64,000 nt of DNA. Origin: Candidatus Magasanikbacteria bacterium CG10_big_fil_rev_8_21_14_0_10_36_32. GTDB lineage: Bacteria > Patescibacteriota > Patescibacteriia > Magasanikbacterales > GWA2-37-8. The notes under the pieces are model-generated. The model was not told the origin of the DNA and made no database searches. It was given only the letters and a program-made list of their open reading frames with translations. The DNA lies in contig PFBV01000001.1 in NCBI GenBank assembly GCA_002778465.1, positions 4,150-68,149 of the forward strand. Direction: 5' to 3'. The translations under genes and the position numbers were made by a program. This document shows positions 28,111 to 37,436 of this stretch, piece by piece (the stretch's first letter is position 1; each line of letters opens with the position of its first letter).

Positions 28111-28779
28111 ATGACAGAAAATATTATACAGGAGCACAATCAGCGAGAAAAAGATGTAATTGATTTTTTAACGACGGCATCTGAGGAAATCAATTATTCT
28201 ATAAGTAAGCAACCAAATGGCGACCCATTGCTTCCACATAGGGCGCGCTTGTCTTTAATTTTTACTTTAATTGATATTTTGGGATTATATTGGGATAAAT
28301 ATTGTGGATTAAACAATACTCAAAGTATATACTTCAAAAATTGGGTATCGTTTTTTTGTTTAACACAGGAAAATGCAGTATATGATAAAAATAAATTTAT
28401 TAAACAATTTAATTGTGAAGATTTTTATAAATTGAGATGTTCCATACTACACTTTTATGGCATACCAAGAACAAGTGAAGGAATACAATATATTCTATTG
28501 CCCGATTTTAATATAATTCAAAAAATGAATTTCAAATCAACACCTGAAGCATTTGTAGATGTTTTATCTTCCAGCATTAAAGCAGAGCATAGGATAGTAC
28601 AAATAGAGCTTTTTAAACAATTGGTTTGGACAGGAAGTATTAGCATGATAAATAAAATGAAACAATATCTTAAAGCCCAGCCGCAGCAGCACATTGATGG
28701 AATAAAAAGAATACATGAAGAAGTAAAAGATCGGGGAGTTAGCAAAATTAATATGGAAGAGGGGAATATTTCTAAATAA
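28111..28779 (+). CDS. Hypothetical protein, candidate HEPN RNase
   Basis: Helical protein with an Rx4H motif (LRCSILH). Confidence 0.5.
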   Translation: MTENIIQEHNQREKDVIDFLTTASEEINYSISKQPNGDPLLPHRARLSLIFTLIDILGLYWDKYCGLNNTQSIYFKNWVSFFCLTQENAVYDKNKFIKQFNCEDFYKLRCSILHFYGIPRTSEGIQYILLPDFNIIQKMNFKSTPEAFVDVLSSSIKAEHRIVQIELFKQLVWTGSISMINKMKQYLKAQPQQHIDGIKRIHEEVKDRGVSKINMEEGNISK

Positions 28780-28790
28780 TTTATTTTAAC

Positions 28791-28823
28791 AAAAAAATCA
28801 CCCGTTTCGGCGGGTAATTTTTT
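28791..28823. terminator. Bidirectional terminator between the island and xer
   Basis: A7-TCACCCG/CGGGTAA-T6. Confidence 0.75.
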
Positions 28824-28833
28824 ATTTGATATT

Positions 28834-29796
28834 TTACTTTTCGCCGCTGTGGAATTTTTTGTGGATGTCGCGAAGGCGGGGATTGGTCAAATGAGTATAA
28901 ATCTGCGTTGTGACGATGTTTTTATGCCCTAAAAGCTCCTGAACAGAGCGCATATCCGCGCCTTTTTCCAGTAAATCAGTGGCAAAACTATGTCTAAGCG
29001 TGTGTGGAGTGGCGTCCACCGGCAAACCGGCCATGGCATTATATCTTTTAACCATTCTTTCAATCGAGCGGGGAGTCAGCCGATGTTCTTTATCTTCCTT
29101 ATCCGTCCGGTAATTGATAAATAACGGCTGAAACATATCCTGGCGGGTTTTGAGATAAGCGCCCAGCCATTTCAGCGCCCGTTCGGAGAAAAAAACCACC
29201 CGCATTGAACCGCCTTTTCCGGCGATGGATAATTCCTGATCGGAAAATTTTCCGTTGATTAAATTTTCTACATTAAACTGCTTAATATTAAGCGACGTTA
29301 ATTCAGAGACGCGCATGCCAGTAGAGAAGAGGACTTCTAAAATCGCCCTGTCACGCATTCCTTCAGGGCTTTCTAAATCAGCCATGGAGAGCAATTTCTC
29401 CACCTGATCAAACTTAAGGAACTTAATCGCTTTGTCCTTATCAGTCAATTTGGGTAATTTTATCTTCTCGGCCGGTAAAGCGACGATATCTTTCTCGGCG
29501 AAATAATTTAAAAGGTTGCGCAAGGCGATTAGATAGTAGTTTTGAGTCGTCTTTTTGGAATAATGGCCCTTGAGGTCTTTTTTGCGTGAAAGGTATAGGC
29601 GGTAGTCCCAAATGTGCTTAGGGGTCAACTCATGGGGCTTAAGATTGTCCTGGCGGGTCATCTTTAGCCAGCCGGAGAATATTTTGAGGAAGTTATCATA
29701 GTTGTGGCTGGTAACGGGAGACAAACCTTTTTCCACCTCGCAGTAATCCAAAAAAGAACTGATCTGTTTAATTATAGGGGTGGATGACTTATTCAT
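28834..29796 (-). CDS. XerC/D-like tyrosine recombinase
   Basis: N-terminal SAM-like domain, RDRAILEVLFSTGMRVSEL, GKG, HTLRHSFAT, LGH, TTQIY. Confidence 0.93.
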   Translation of the reverse strand: MNKSSTPIIKQISSFLDYCEVEKGLSPVTSHNYDNFLKIFSGWLKMTRQDNLKPHELTPKHIWDYRLYLSRKKDLKGHYSKKTTQNYYLIALRNLLNYFAEKDIVALPAEKIKLPKLTDKDKAIKFLKFDQVEKLLSMADLESPEGMRDRAILEVLFSTGMRVSELTSLNIKQFNVENLINGKFSDQELSIAGKGGSMRVVFFSERALKWLGAYLKTRQDMFQPLFINYRTDKEDKEHRLTPRSIERMVKRYNAMAGLPVDATPHTLRHSFATDLLEKGADMRSVQELLGHKNIVTTQIYTHLTNPRLRDIHKKFHSGEK

Positions 29797-29831
29797 ATAT
29801 TAATAGGTTTCGGCCTTATTTAATGTATATA

Positions 29832-29859
29832 GCGTCGCTTAATCTATGTTATACGACGT
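29832..29859. other. dif-like recombination site
   Basis: GCGTCGCTTAA-TCTATG-TTATACGACGT: 11-6-11 imperfect palindrome with TAA/TTA inner ends, 35 bp upstream of xer. Confidence 0.7.
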
Positions 29860-29866
29860 TAAGTAT

Positions 29867-29896
29867 ATTATAACAATAACACTCCTCTTCCGTCAA
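29867..29896 (-). promoter_or_regulatory. xer promoter
   Basis: TTGACG-18 bp-TATAAT on the minus strand. Confidence 0.6.
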
Positions 29897-29903
29897 TATA
29901 TGC

Positions 29904-30941
29904 TTATTTCCAGAAAATCCTCTCGCCGTAGTATAAGTTCACATACTCCGTCGGTTTGATGTCGCGCAGAAGAACTTTTAGATTATTAATTTGTGTTTCT
30001 AAATCATTTTGCGGATTAAAAATTACATACCAAGTCCGATCCAGATAAGATTTTATTCCTGTAGATAAATTATCTATTTCAAAGTACTTTACTTTACCTA
30101 TCCCCCCTTTTTGTATCATACTTTGCCATTCAGTGATAACTGATAATAAACTCACCGGTAAAATGTTTGTTTGCTTAATCTCAATCGGAATTAGCCGTGT
30201 ATCATAAATCACCGGCAAATATTTCAAATCAAAGGTGTTAAACTTCGTTAAATCCGGTTTATACACGGTGGTGGTGACTGTTTCAGTGGTCATCGGAGTG
30301 TTTGTGGCGGACGGAGATGTATCGGACAAGGTTGAGGTGTTGGTGGTGGTAGCGATAATTGTAGTGGTAGGGATTATATCATTAAATAGTTTGCTTATGG
30401 CTGTCCCCTCCAGATCTAACAGATAAGTTTCTAAACCATTATCATAGATGATAGCGGAATTTTTTTCCGTCATTTCAATTTTTAATTCTTTTGGAAATAT
30501 TTTTTCCACTTTTAATTCGCTTAGCAAATATTTTTGTTGCAAATCAGAATAAATTTTATCAGTATCGACTAGAAAATAATTGTTTGATGGCCAAACTTTT
30601 CTACCCGTTAGGTAAGTATCCATTATATATGTCTCCATTTCGGTTGAGCTGATTATTTTTGACCCAATAATTGATATTTTAGTCATTTTGAAATATGGCA
30701 AAAATAGCATTAAGCCAAGCCATAGTAAAAATAAAATACTCAGCAAGATTAAAATAAATACTAAATGCCAATTCCGTTGTTTTGGCTGGCGCCACGGATT
30801 AGACGATGTCCACGAGTCTCTTGAAGGATTAATTCTAGTATTGTGCGTTTGTTTTTTTGCGCCAAAAAAACGCTTCCAAAAGCTTTGTTTCGGACGGCGA
30901 TGGTAAGTTTGGTTGCTGAATTGAGTGTGATATTGGCGCAC
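29904..30941 (-). CDS. FtsQ/DivIB-like cell division protein
   Basis: Basic N-tail, single TM, POTRA-like region ending KIFPKELKIEMTE, Thr-rich insert, C-terminal YVNLYYGERIFWK. Confidence 0.75.
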   Translation of the reverse strand: MRQYHTQFSNQTYHRRPKQSFWKRFFGAKKQTHNTRINPSRDSWTSSNPWRQPKQRNWHLVFILILLSILFLLWLGLMLFLPYFKMTKISIIGSKIISSTEMETYIMDTYLTGRKVWPSNNYFLVDTDKIYSDLQQKYLLSELKVEKIFPKELKIEMTEKNSAIIYDNGLETYLLDLEGTAISKLFNDIIPTTTIIATTTNTSTLSDTSPSATNTPMTTETVTTTVYKPDLTKFNTFDLKYLPVIYDTRLIPIEIKQTNILPVSLLSVITEWQSMIQKGGIGKVKYFEIDNLSTGIKSYLDRTWYVIFNPQNDLETQINNLKVLLRDIKPTEYVNLYYGERIFWK

Positions 30942-30944
30942 AGC

Positions 30945-32066
30945 TTACTTGTTAATGGGTTTTCTTATTAATAATGGATTTATTCTATCCACGATTTCAT
31001 AGTTGATGGTCCCCGCCCATTTAGCTAATTCATCGGCGGTAATTTCTTTTTTTCCTTGTCGTCCGATTAGAGTGGCCTTATCCCCGACTTTAACATTTTT
31101 TACGGCGGAAACATCAGCCATACAAATATTCATACAGATGCGACCGCGAATCGGACAGCGAATTCCATTTATCAAAACAAAAGCGTTGTTGGACAAGTTA
31201 CGGTCATATCCGTCCCAATAACCGATAGGCAAAGTTGCCAGTTTGGTAGTTTTTTTAGTGGTATAAGAACCGCCATAACCGATTTTGGACCATGCTGGCA
31301 CTGTGCGCACTTGTATTATTTTGGTATGCCAAGATAAAGCCGGTTGAAGTTTTATTTTTTTCTTGCTTAATTCATCAGGATAAAGTCCATACAAACTCAA
31401 CCCCAGTCTGATGGCATTCAAATGGCTTTTAGCGTACAAAACGCTAGCAGCCGAGCAAGCAAAATGTTTTAAAGGAAATTTAAAACCTTGTTGTTCTGCC
31501 TCCCCCACCATTGTTTCAAAACGCTTCATTTGATATTCGGTAAACACCCTATCCTCTTCACTGGCGGCAAAGTGACTGAACAATCCATCAATTTTTAAAT
31601 TTGAAAATTTTTTAATTTTTTTCAAAAATGGAATAAATTCTTCAGGTAATAACCCTACTCGAGATGCGCCAGTGTCTACTTTAATATGCACTTTAATTTT
31701 TTTACTGGCTCTCTCCCCTATTTTATTGAGGAAAATGGCTTGTTTTAGCGTAAAAAGAGGAAAAATTACGCCTTTTTTGGCTAAAATTAGCCCTTTTTTA
31801 GGGTTATCAGTTTCGTAAAAAGTTAAAATAACAATCGGTTTTTTTATTCCCAGTTCAACTAAGGATACAGCTTCATCATCATTAACTACGCAAATCTTGT
31901 CAACTTCGGTTGCTTTATCACATATTTTTGCTACATCAAAAAAACCATGCCCGTAGGCGTTGGCTTTTATGACAGGCATCAAAAGACAATCCGGACCGAT
32001 TAATTTTCGGAACTGCTGAAGGTTATGTTTTATGGCTTTTTGGCTGACCTCTATCCATGTAAGCAT
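30945..32066 (-). CDS. alr: Alanine racemase
   Basis: VIKANAYGHG, HIKVDTG.SR, GYWDG, GRICMN, GTINYE. Confidence 0.96.
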   Translation of the reverse strand: MLTWIEVSQKAIKHNLQQFRKLIGPDCLLMPVIKANAYGHGFFDVAKICDKATEVDKICVVNDDEAVSLVELGIKKPIVILTFYETDNPKKGLILAKKGVIFPLFTLKQAIFLNKIGERASKKIKVHIKVDTGASRVGLLPEEFIPFLKKIKKFSNLKIDGLFSHFAASEEDRVFTEYQMKRFETMVGEAEQQGFKFPLKHFACSAASVLYAKSHLNAIRLGLSLYGLYPDELSKKKIKLQPALSWHTKIIQVRTVPAWSKIGYGGSYTTKKTTKLATLPIGYWDGYDRNLSNNAFVLINGIRCPIRGRICMNICMADVSAVKNVKVGDKATLIGRQGKKEITADELAKWAGTINYEIVDRINPLLIRKPINK

Positions 32067-32077
32067 AAATCGTGCAA

Positions 32078-32177
32078 TAATTTTGTAATTTTTAAATAAT
32101 GCTTAAATTTTTAATGTTTTAAAATTAAGACATTAAGAAATTATTTACAAAATTAAAAATTGGAAATTAAAAATTCT
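32078..32177. repeat. AT-rich imperfect palindromic intergenic repeat related to 25481-25530
   Basis: 32078-32100 is the exact reverse complement of 25493-25515; ATTAAGAAATTATTTA is also shared directly. Confidence 0.45.
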
Positions 32178-32187
32178 AAAAAATTGA

Positions 32188-33450
32188 TTATAACTTCTTA
32201 AATCCGCAAAGTTTTTTCAGTTTTTTAGGTATTCGAATACTCCCGTCTTTTTGTTGATGATTTTCCGCGATGACAATGGGAAATCGTGATAAAACCACAG
32301 CTGTACCATTGAGAGTGTGAACAAATTCGTTTGTGCCATCAGCAGTTTTATATTTTATGTTTAATCGCCGAGCTTGATAATCGGCACAGTTGCTGCACGA
32401 AGTGATTTCTCCATAACCGCCTTGTTTATCTTTGTCCCCTTTCATTGTCATCCAAGCTTCAATATCAAATTTTCTATAAGCCGGACCACCTAAATCCCCA
32501 CTGGAAATATCTATCACGCGGTAGGGAATATCCAATCCATCCACGATTTCTTTTTCAATGTTTAAAATTTCTTCATGATATTTTTCACTGTCTTCAGGTT
32601 TGCAAAAAACAAACATTTCCAGTTTGGTAAATTGATGAACGCGATATAATCCTTTGCTGGTTCGGCCGTAAGCGCCGGCTTCCGTTCGGAAACAATGAGA
32701 AACCGCCACATATTTTTTTGGGCCAGTTGATAAATCCAGCACCTCGTTTTGGTGCATTCCGCCAATGGTAATTTCAGCGGTGCCGATTAAACTTAAATCA
32801 CTGTTTTCAATAGAATAAACCTGTGTTTCTTTGCCGCGCGGATTAAATCCGATACCTTCCAAAATATCGTTTCTTGCTAAATCCGGCGTTTCTAATAATT
32901 CATAACTATGCTTAGTCGTAATATCCATTCCATAATCCAATAGCGCGTGAGTTAATCGAACTAAATTATTTTTAAAATAATAAAATTTCGCGCCGGATAC
33001 TTTTGTTGCTCGTTCAAAATCAATCAGATTATTTTTAACCAGCAATTCTTCATGATCTTTTGGTGGAAAACTAAACGGTTTCGGTTCACGGTTAGTGAAA
33101 ATTACTCTAAAATCATCTTCGCCGCCGATTGGAGACGATGGATGAGTCATATTTGGTATTTGTCCCATTAAATCCTTATAGTCTTTGTCAATGATTTCCT
33201 GTTTTTCTTCCAATTTTTTTATTTTTCCGCCAATTTCACGCATAGCTTTTATTTCATCAGCCGAAGGTTTTCCTTCTTTGCCGGATGACGCTTTATTGCG
33301 AGTAGCGCGCAGTTCTTCAATTTCTTGAAGATTACTACGGCGTCTTTCGTCTAAGTCAAACAATTTATCTAAATCAATTTTAACGCGCCGATCGGCGCAA
33401 TTTTTCCGAACCAGTTCTTTGTTTTCACGGATAAATTTTATATCTAGCAT
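32188..33450 (-). CDS. serS: Serine-tRNA ligase
   Basis: MLDIKFIR, GTAE, CFRTEAG, YRVHQF, HTLNGT. Confidence 0.97.
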   Translation of the reverse strand: MLDIKFIRENKELVRKNCADRRVKIDLDKLFDLDERRRSNLQEIEELRATRNKASSGKEGKPSADEIKAMREIGGKIKKLEEKQEIIDKDYKDLMGQIPNMTHPSSPIGGEDDFRVIFTNREPKPFSFPPKDHEELLVKNNLIDFERATKVSGAKFYYFKNNLVRLTHALLDYGMDITTKHSYELLETPDLARNDILEGIGFNPRGKETQVYSIENSDLSLIGTAEITIGGMHQNEVLDLSTGPKKYVAVSHCFRTEAGAYGRTSKGLYRVHQFTKLEMFVFCKPEDSEKYHEEILNIEKEIVDGLDIPYRVIDISSGDLGGPAYRKFDIEAWMTMKGDKDKQGGYGEITSCSNCADYQARRLNIKYKTADGTNEFVHTLNGTAVVLSRFPIVIAENHQQKDGSIRIPKKLKKLCGFKKL

Positions 33451-33453
33451 AGC

Positions 33454-34056
33454 TTAGTAATTATTTTTTAAAAATTCTTTTATTTGTTTAACTAATTGTC
33501 CACGATGGCTTATTTTATTTTTTTGCAATATGGACATTTGAGATAATAATTTGTTAGACGGCAGATGATAAAAAATCAAATCATAAGTCATTCCCTCTCT
33601 TAATTTGTCATCCGACATTTTTGCTGTGATTACACCGTCAACTCGGCCTTGAAAAATATGAAAATCATTATTTTTTGGATTGTATATGCAGCCATGTGTC
33701 AGAAAAAATGCTTGCCGTTTTGATTTTTTAACACCGGACAGCATTTTTAATATCTTTTTGTTTCGTTCATCAGCTGTTTTACCGAATCGTTTGGCTTTTA
33801 TTCCCGGCTTACCTTTTATATAATCAACACAGAATGCTGTATCTTCCGCAATGGTGAGTAAACCTGTTTTTTTCGCATAAAATTTGGCTTTGTGCAAAGC
33901 GTTTTCCCAAGTGGTAGCGTAAGGTTCATCCACCTCTGTGTTATTTTTTAGTTTGATTGAATTTAAATTTAAAAATTTAAAGGGCAATTTTTTTAATTGC
34001 GCGACAATTTCTTCAAATTTACCTTGATTAGTCGTGGCAATTAAAATTTTTTTCAT
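33454..34056 (-). CDS. rdgB: Non-canonical purine NTP pyrophosphatase (Ham1/RdgB family)
   Basis: ATTNQGK, ENALHKA, AEDT, KNKISHRG. Confidence 0.88.
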   Translation of the reverse strand: MKKILIATTNQGKFEEIVAQLKKLPFKFLNLNSIKLKNNTEVDEPYATTWENALHKAKFYAKKTGLLTIAEDTAFCVDYIKGKPGIKAKRFGKTADERNKKILKMLSGVKKSKRQAFFLTHGCIYNPKNNDFHIFQGRVDGVITAKMSDDKLREGMTYDLIFYHLPSNKLLSQMSILQKNKISHRGQLVKQIKEFLKNNY

Positions 34057-34064
34057 ATTTTAAT

Positions 34065-35528
34065 TTAGTCTTGATTTTTTAATGTTGGGAATAAAATCAC
34101 TTCTTTCAAATTATCAGCGTTGGTCAAAAGTTTGACCAGGCGATCAATACCCATGCCAAAACCGGCTGTTGGTGGCATGCCATGTTTTAAAGCTTCTATA
34201 TAATCTTCGTCATAACGCATACCTTCTTCATCGCCAAGTTGGCGTAATTTTTCTTGTTCTTTAAAACGAGCTTCCTGATCCAACGGATCGTTCAACTCGG
34301 AAAACGCGTTGCACAATTCATTGCCACCAACACAAACTAATTGAAATCTTTCAGCATAACGCGGATCATCGGTTTTCTTTTTGGATAATGGAGAAAGTTC
34401 AATCGGGTGGTCAGTCATAAAAGTTGGATTGATGATTTTTGGTCGGGCGAAAGTTTTATAAATCTCATCAATTAATTTTCCTCGCCCAGTATTTTTATCA
34501 ATATCTTCTACCTTTAATTTTATCGCTTGTTTGTAAAGTGATGGCTGATCCGGGTAATCTTCTATGTCAATCTTGGCGTATTTTTTGATTATTTCTCGCA
34601 TAGTCACTCTTGGATATGGTGGAGTAAAATCAACGGTTCCGTCAGAAGTTTCAAATTTTAATGGTAAGCCGGCCGATTGAATTAATTTCGGTAATAAATC
34701 TTCAAATAAATTCATCAAATTCGTATAATCAGCATAGGCGCAATAACCTTCAATCTGAGTGAATTCCGGATTATGATTATTATCAATTCCTTCATTACGG
34801 AAACATTTTGCCACTTCGTATACTTTTTCAAAACCGCCGACGATTAGTCGTTTTAAAAATAATTCCGGCGCGACGCGGAGGTATAGTTGCATATCCAGCG
34901 CGTTGTGATGTGTTATAAAAGGTTTAGCATTAGCGCCACCGTAAAGTGTCTGAAGAATTGGAGTTTCCACTTCATAATAACCAAGTTTGTCAAAATAATT
35001 TCTTAATTCACGAACCAACAAACTTCTGATTTTAGCGATTTTCATCACTTCTTCGTTGGCTAGTAAATCCAAATAGCGTTTGCGATAGCGAGTTTCAATA
35101 TTAGACAAACCATGAAATTTTTCAGGCAAAGGTAAAAGAGATTTAGAAATTAAAGTGTATTTTTTTGCCAAAACGGAAATTTCGCCTTTGTGAGTGACAA
35201 ACATTTCTCCGTCAATTTGCAAAAAATCGCCCAAATCAATATTTTTCACGAAAAATTTGTAATTGTCTTTGCCCAATTCTTTTTCTGAGACAGCAATTTG
35301 TAAACGCCCGGAATCATCTTGAATATGACAAAAACAAAGTTTGCCCATTTCTCTTTTAGAAACAAGCCGCCCGTCAATAATTGTCGCTGAACCTTGTTCC
35401 ATTCCTCTTGCTTCGGCGGTTGTTTGCTGACGAAGGCAAGATGACGGATAAGGATTAATCTTAACCGCTCTAATTTCTTCCAAACGTTTTATGCGGGTTT
35501 GTTCTTCGTTTAAAATTTTGTCTTCCAT
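34065..35528 (-). CDS. lysS: Lysine-tRNA ligase, class II
   Basis: OB fold, EVETPIL, FRNEG, HNPEFT, GMGIDR. Confidence 0.97.
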   Translation of the reverse strand: MEDKILNEEQTRIKRLEEIRAVKINPYPSSCLRQQTTAEARGMEQGSATIIDGRLVSKREMGKLCFCHIQDDSGRLQIAVSEKELGKDNYKFFVKNIDLGDFLQIDGEMFVTHKGEISVLAKKYTLISKSLLPLPEKFHGLSNIETRYRKRYLDLLANEEVMKIAKIRSLLVRELRNYFDKLGYYEVETPILQTLYGGANAKPFITHHNALDMQLYLRVAPELFLKRLIVGGFEKVYEVAKCFRNEGIDNNHNPEFTQIEGYCAYADYTNLMNLFEDLLPKLIQSAGLPLKFETSDGTVDFTPPYPRVTMREIIKKYAKIDIEDYPDQPSLYKQAIKLKVEDIDKNTGRGKLIDEIYKTFARPKIINPTFMTDHPIELSPLSKKKTDDPRYAERFQLVCVGGNELCNAFSELNDPLDQEARFKEQEKLRQLGDEEGMRYDEDYIEALKHGMPPTAGFGMGIDRLVKLLTNADNLKEVILFPTLKNQD

Positions 35529-35688
35529 ACAGATAAATTAAAAAAGATTTAGCCCTGAGAGCTTATGTAATTATAGCAGAAAAATAGAAATCAAGTCAAA
35601 GCTGGTTTGATACTTGATTTATTTGTAAACTTATGTTATAAAACACGAGCTAAAATAGCACGATTCACAAAATAGATAAGGAGGAATC

Positions 35689-36087
35689 ATGAAGTCTGTG
35701 AAGCGAAAACTGTTCATTTCATTGGAAGGACTTATTGAAAAAGTGTCAAGGATGCCGGTTAATATGGAAACCGCTGCTGATTTGAGAACCGGACTGTTTT
35801 GTCTCGGGTGCACACGCGATGATGTGCGGGAAGCTGTTGCTCAACTGGCGTCAGAAGGCAAAAGCTATCCGGCGGCAATGATCAGCGATGCTATATTTAT
35901 GGCCAATCTCCACGGTCGTATTCGTTGGGTGCTGGCTACGGAAATTCCAGCTTTTTATCACCTCAATTTTTTGCTGGTAGATAGCGGTTTCAAATCGCTT
36001 CGTCCCGTTCTGTATCATAATTACACAGCTGAGGAGATTATTCGTCTGATGGCGGAAACTAATCCGGAGCTGGAAGTCATTCCCTAA
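35689..36087 (+). CDS. Hypothetical protein
   Basis: AGGAGG RBS, upstream promoter-like element, downstream hairpin. Confidence 0.65.
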   Translation: MKSVKRKLFISLEGLIEKVSRMPVNMETAADLRTGLFCLGCTRDDVREAVAQLASEGKSYPAAMISDAIFMANLHGRIRWVLATEIPAFYHLNFLLVDSGFKSLRPVLYHNYTAEEIIRLMAETNPELEVIP

Positions 36088-36189
36088 ATAGTTCATTCTA
36101 TAACCCCTGATTTTATCGGGGGTTTGTTTTTTATTGCAAAAATAAAAACACCCCGCTTGAACGGGGTGTAAGAAAAGAACAGTGAATCG

Positions 36190-36369
36190 TTACTTCTTTT
36201 TTAATTTTGAGGGGGTGGTGGCTAGGATGAGCAATAGAAAGGCAATTGTCATATAAAATATCATACTGAGAGTGGTAGAATTTTCTACAATGAAACAGCT
36301 TAAAATCAAAATTCCGCTTGACAACAAGATTATTGCCAGTGCGATGATTTTGTCTTTATCGATTCGCAT
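36190..36369 (-). CDS. Small two-TM hypothetical protein (start at MRIDKD)
   Basis: Two hydrophobic helices; start overlaps the end of the upstream gene. Confidence 0.5.
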   Translation of the reverse strand: MRIDKDKIIALAIILLSSGILILSCFIVENSTTLSMIFYMTIAFLLLILATTPSKLKKK

Positions 36370-36700
36370 CGGTCGCGAGATGTTTGAGATTGACAAAATC
36401 CTTGAGGATGGTATTTTCGAGACGAAGCGCCGGAGCGCAAATGTATCGAATTTCAATCCTCCATGCCGATTGCCTGATGATATTTTTGCTCGACAACCTG
36501 AAAGTGTATTCAGCTGTTTTGAGCGAGATCTCATCTTTTTCAGAATTGTAGCTGGCGGATATGACCTCAACTTTCGTTTTGGTCACATTGAACATTTGAT
36601 GTCCTCCGACAGCGTACCAACCGCCAATGGCAATCAGGTGCAGAAAATTCTCGATCGGGAGATTTGCCTCAGGATGTCTTTTTCTGACTGGTGTCACCAT
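36356..36700 (-). CDS. Hypothetical protein
   Basis: AAGGGG RBS; TTGACA-17-TATAAT promoter at 36803-36831. Confidence 0.6.
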   Translation of the reverse strand: MVTPVRKRHPEANLPIENFLHLIAIGGWYAVGGHQMFNVTKTKVEVISASYNSEKDEISLKTAEYTFRLSSKNIIRQSAWRIEIRYICAPALRLENTILKDFVNLKHLATDANR

Positions 36701-36908
36701 TATTTTCCCCTTGTTTTTAACCGGTTGGCGTTAGCCACTGGTTTGTATAAAAAGAACTTAATAACTTATCACAATAAATTTTCCATTTATTCACAACTTG
36801 CCATTATAGCACATTTTGAAGGTTTTGTCAAGCTTATTATTAAGATACCATAATATACAAAAAATCCCGGTTAAGCCGAGATTTATTGGATTTTACTTAT
36901 AGGATTTA

Positions 36909-37388
36909 TCAGTTTAACTGAATTTCTAAGATTTTGTATGTTTGAGGTCCGGACGGAGTGATAACTTCCACTTTATCCCCCTTTTTACGGCCTATAAAAG
37001 CGTCTCCTAAGGGCGATTCATTAGAAATCATACCTTTTGAAGGGTTAGCTTCTTGTTGCCCCACAATCGTAAATTCTTTGGTTTTACCATTTAACTCAGC
37101 TACTACCGTACAACCGACGGAGACCTCACTGCTCTTTCGCGCACTGTCATCAATTACTTCTGAAATATGAAAAATATGCTCCAATTCCAACAAGCGGCCT
37201 TGTGCCCAAGCCATATCTTCTTTTGCCTGATGATACTCAGCATTTTCCGATAAGTCGCCTTGTTGTTTTGCTTCGTTAATACGATCAGCAATTTCAGGAA
37301 TTTTTTTTATTTTTAATGTTTCGTATTCGGCTTTTAATTTTTTTAAGCTTGACTCAGTCAAATATTTTTTTGGTTCATCATCAATCAT
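36909..37388 (-). CDS. greA: Transcription elongation factor GreA
   Basis: GDLSENAEY, ISNESPLG. Confidence 0.96.
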   Translation of the reverse strand: MIDDEPKKYLTESSLKKLKAEYETLKIKKIPEIADRINEAKQQGDLSENAEYHQAKEDMAWAQGRLLELEHIFHISEVIDDSARKSSEVSVGCTVVAELNGKTKEFTIVGQQEANPSKGMISNESPLGDAFIGRKKGDKVEVITPSGPQTYKILEIQLN

Positions 37389-37436
37389 AGGTATTTATTT
37401 TTTAAACAAGATTAAAATTATATCACGTGACTATTT

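Noticed and set aside
25533-29796. Integron (tyrosine recombinase next to an array of unrelated genes)
   Set aside because: Intergenic gaps (1-42 bp) are too short for attC sites, no RYYYAAC...GTTRRRY hairpins were seen, the recombinase converges on the array, and it looks like XerC/D without the IntI-specific insertion.
30260-30372. GTG/GGT-rich repeat-like tract
   Set aside because: Encodes the Thr-rich linker of the FtsQ-like protein; not an independent repeat element.
36272-36853. 193-aa plus-strand ORF
   Set aside because: Antisense to two minus-strand genes that have a promoter, RBS and terminator; no supporting signals of its own.
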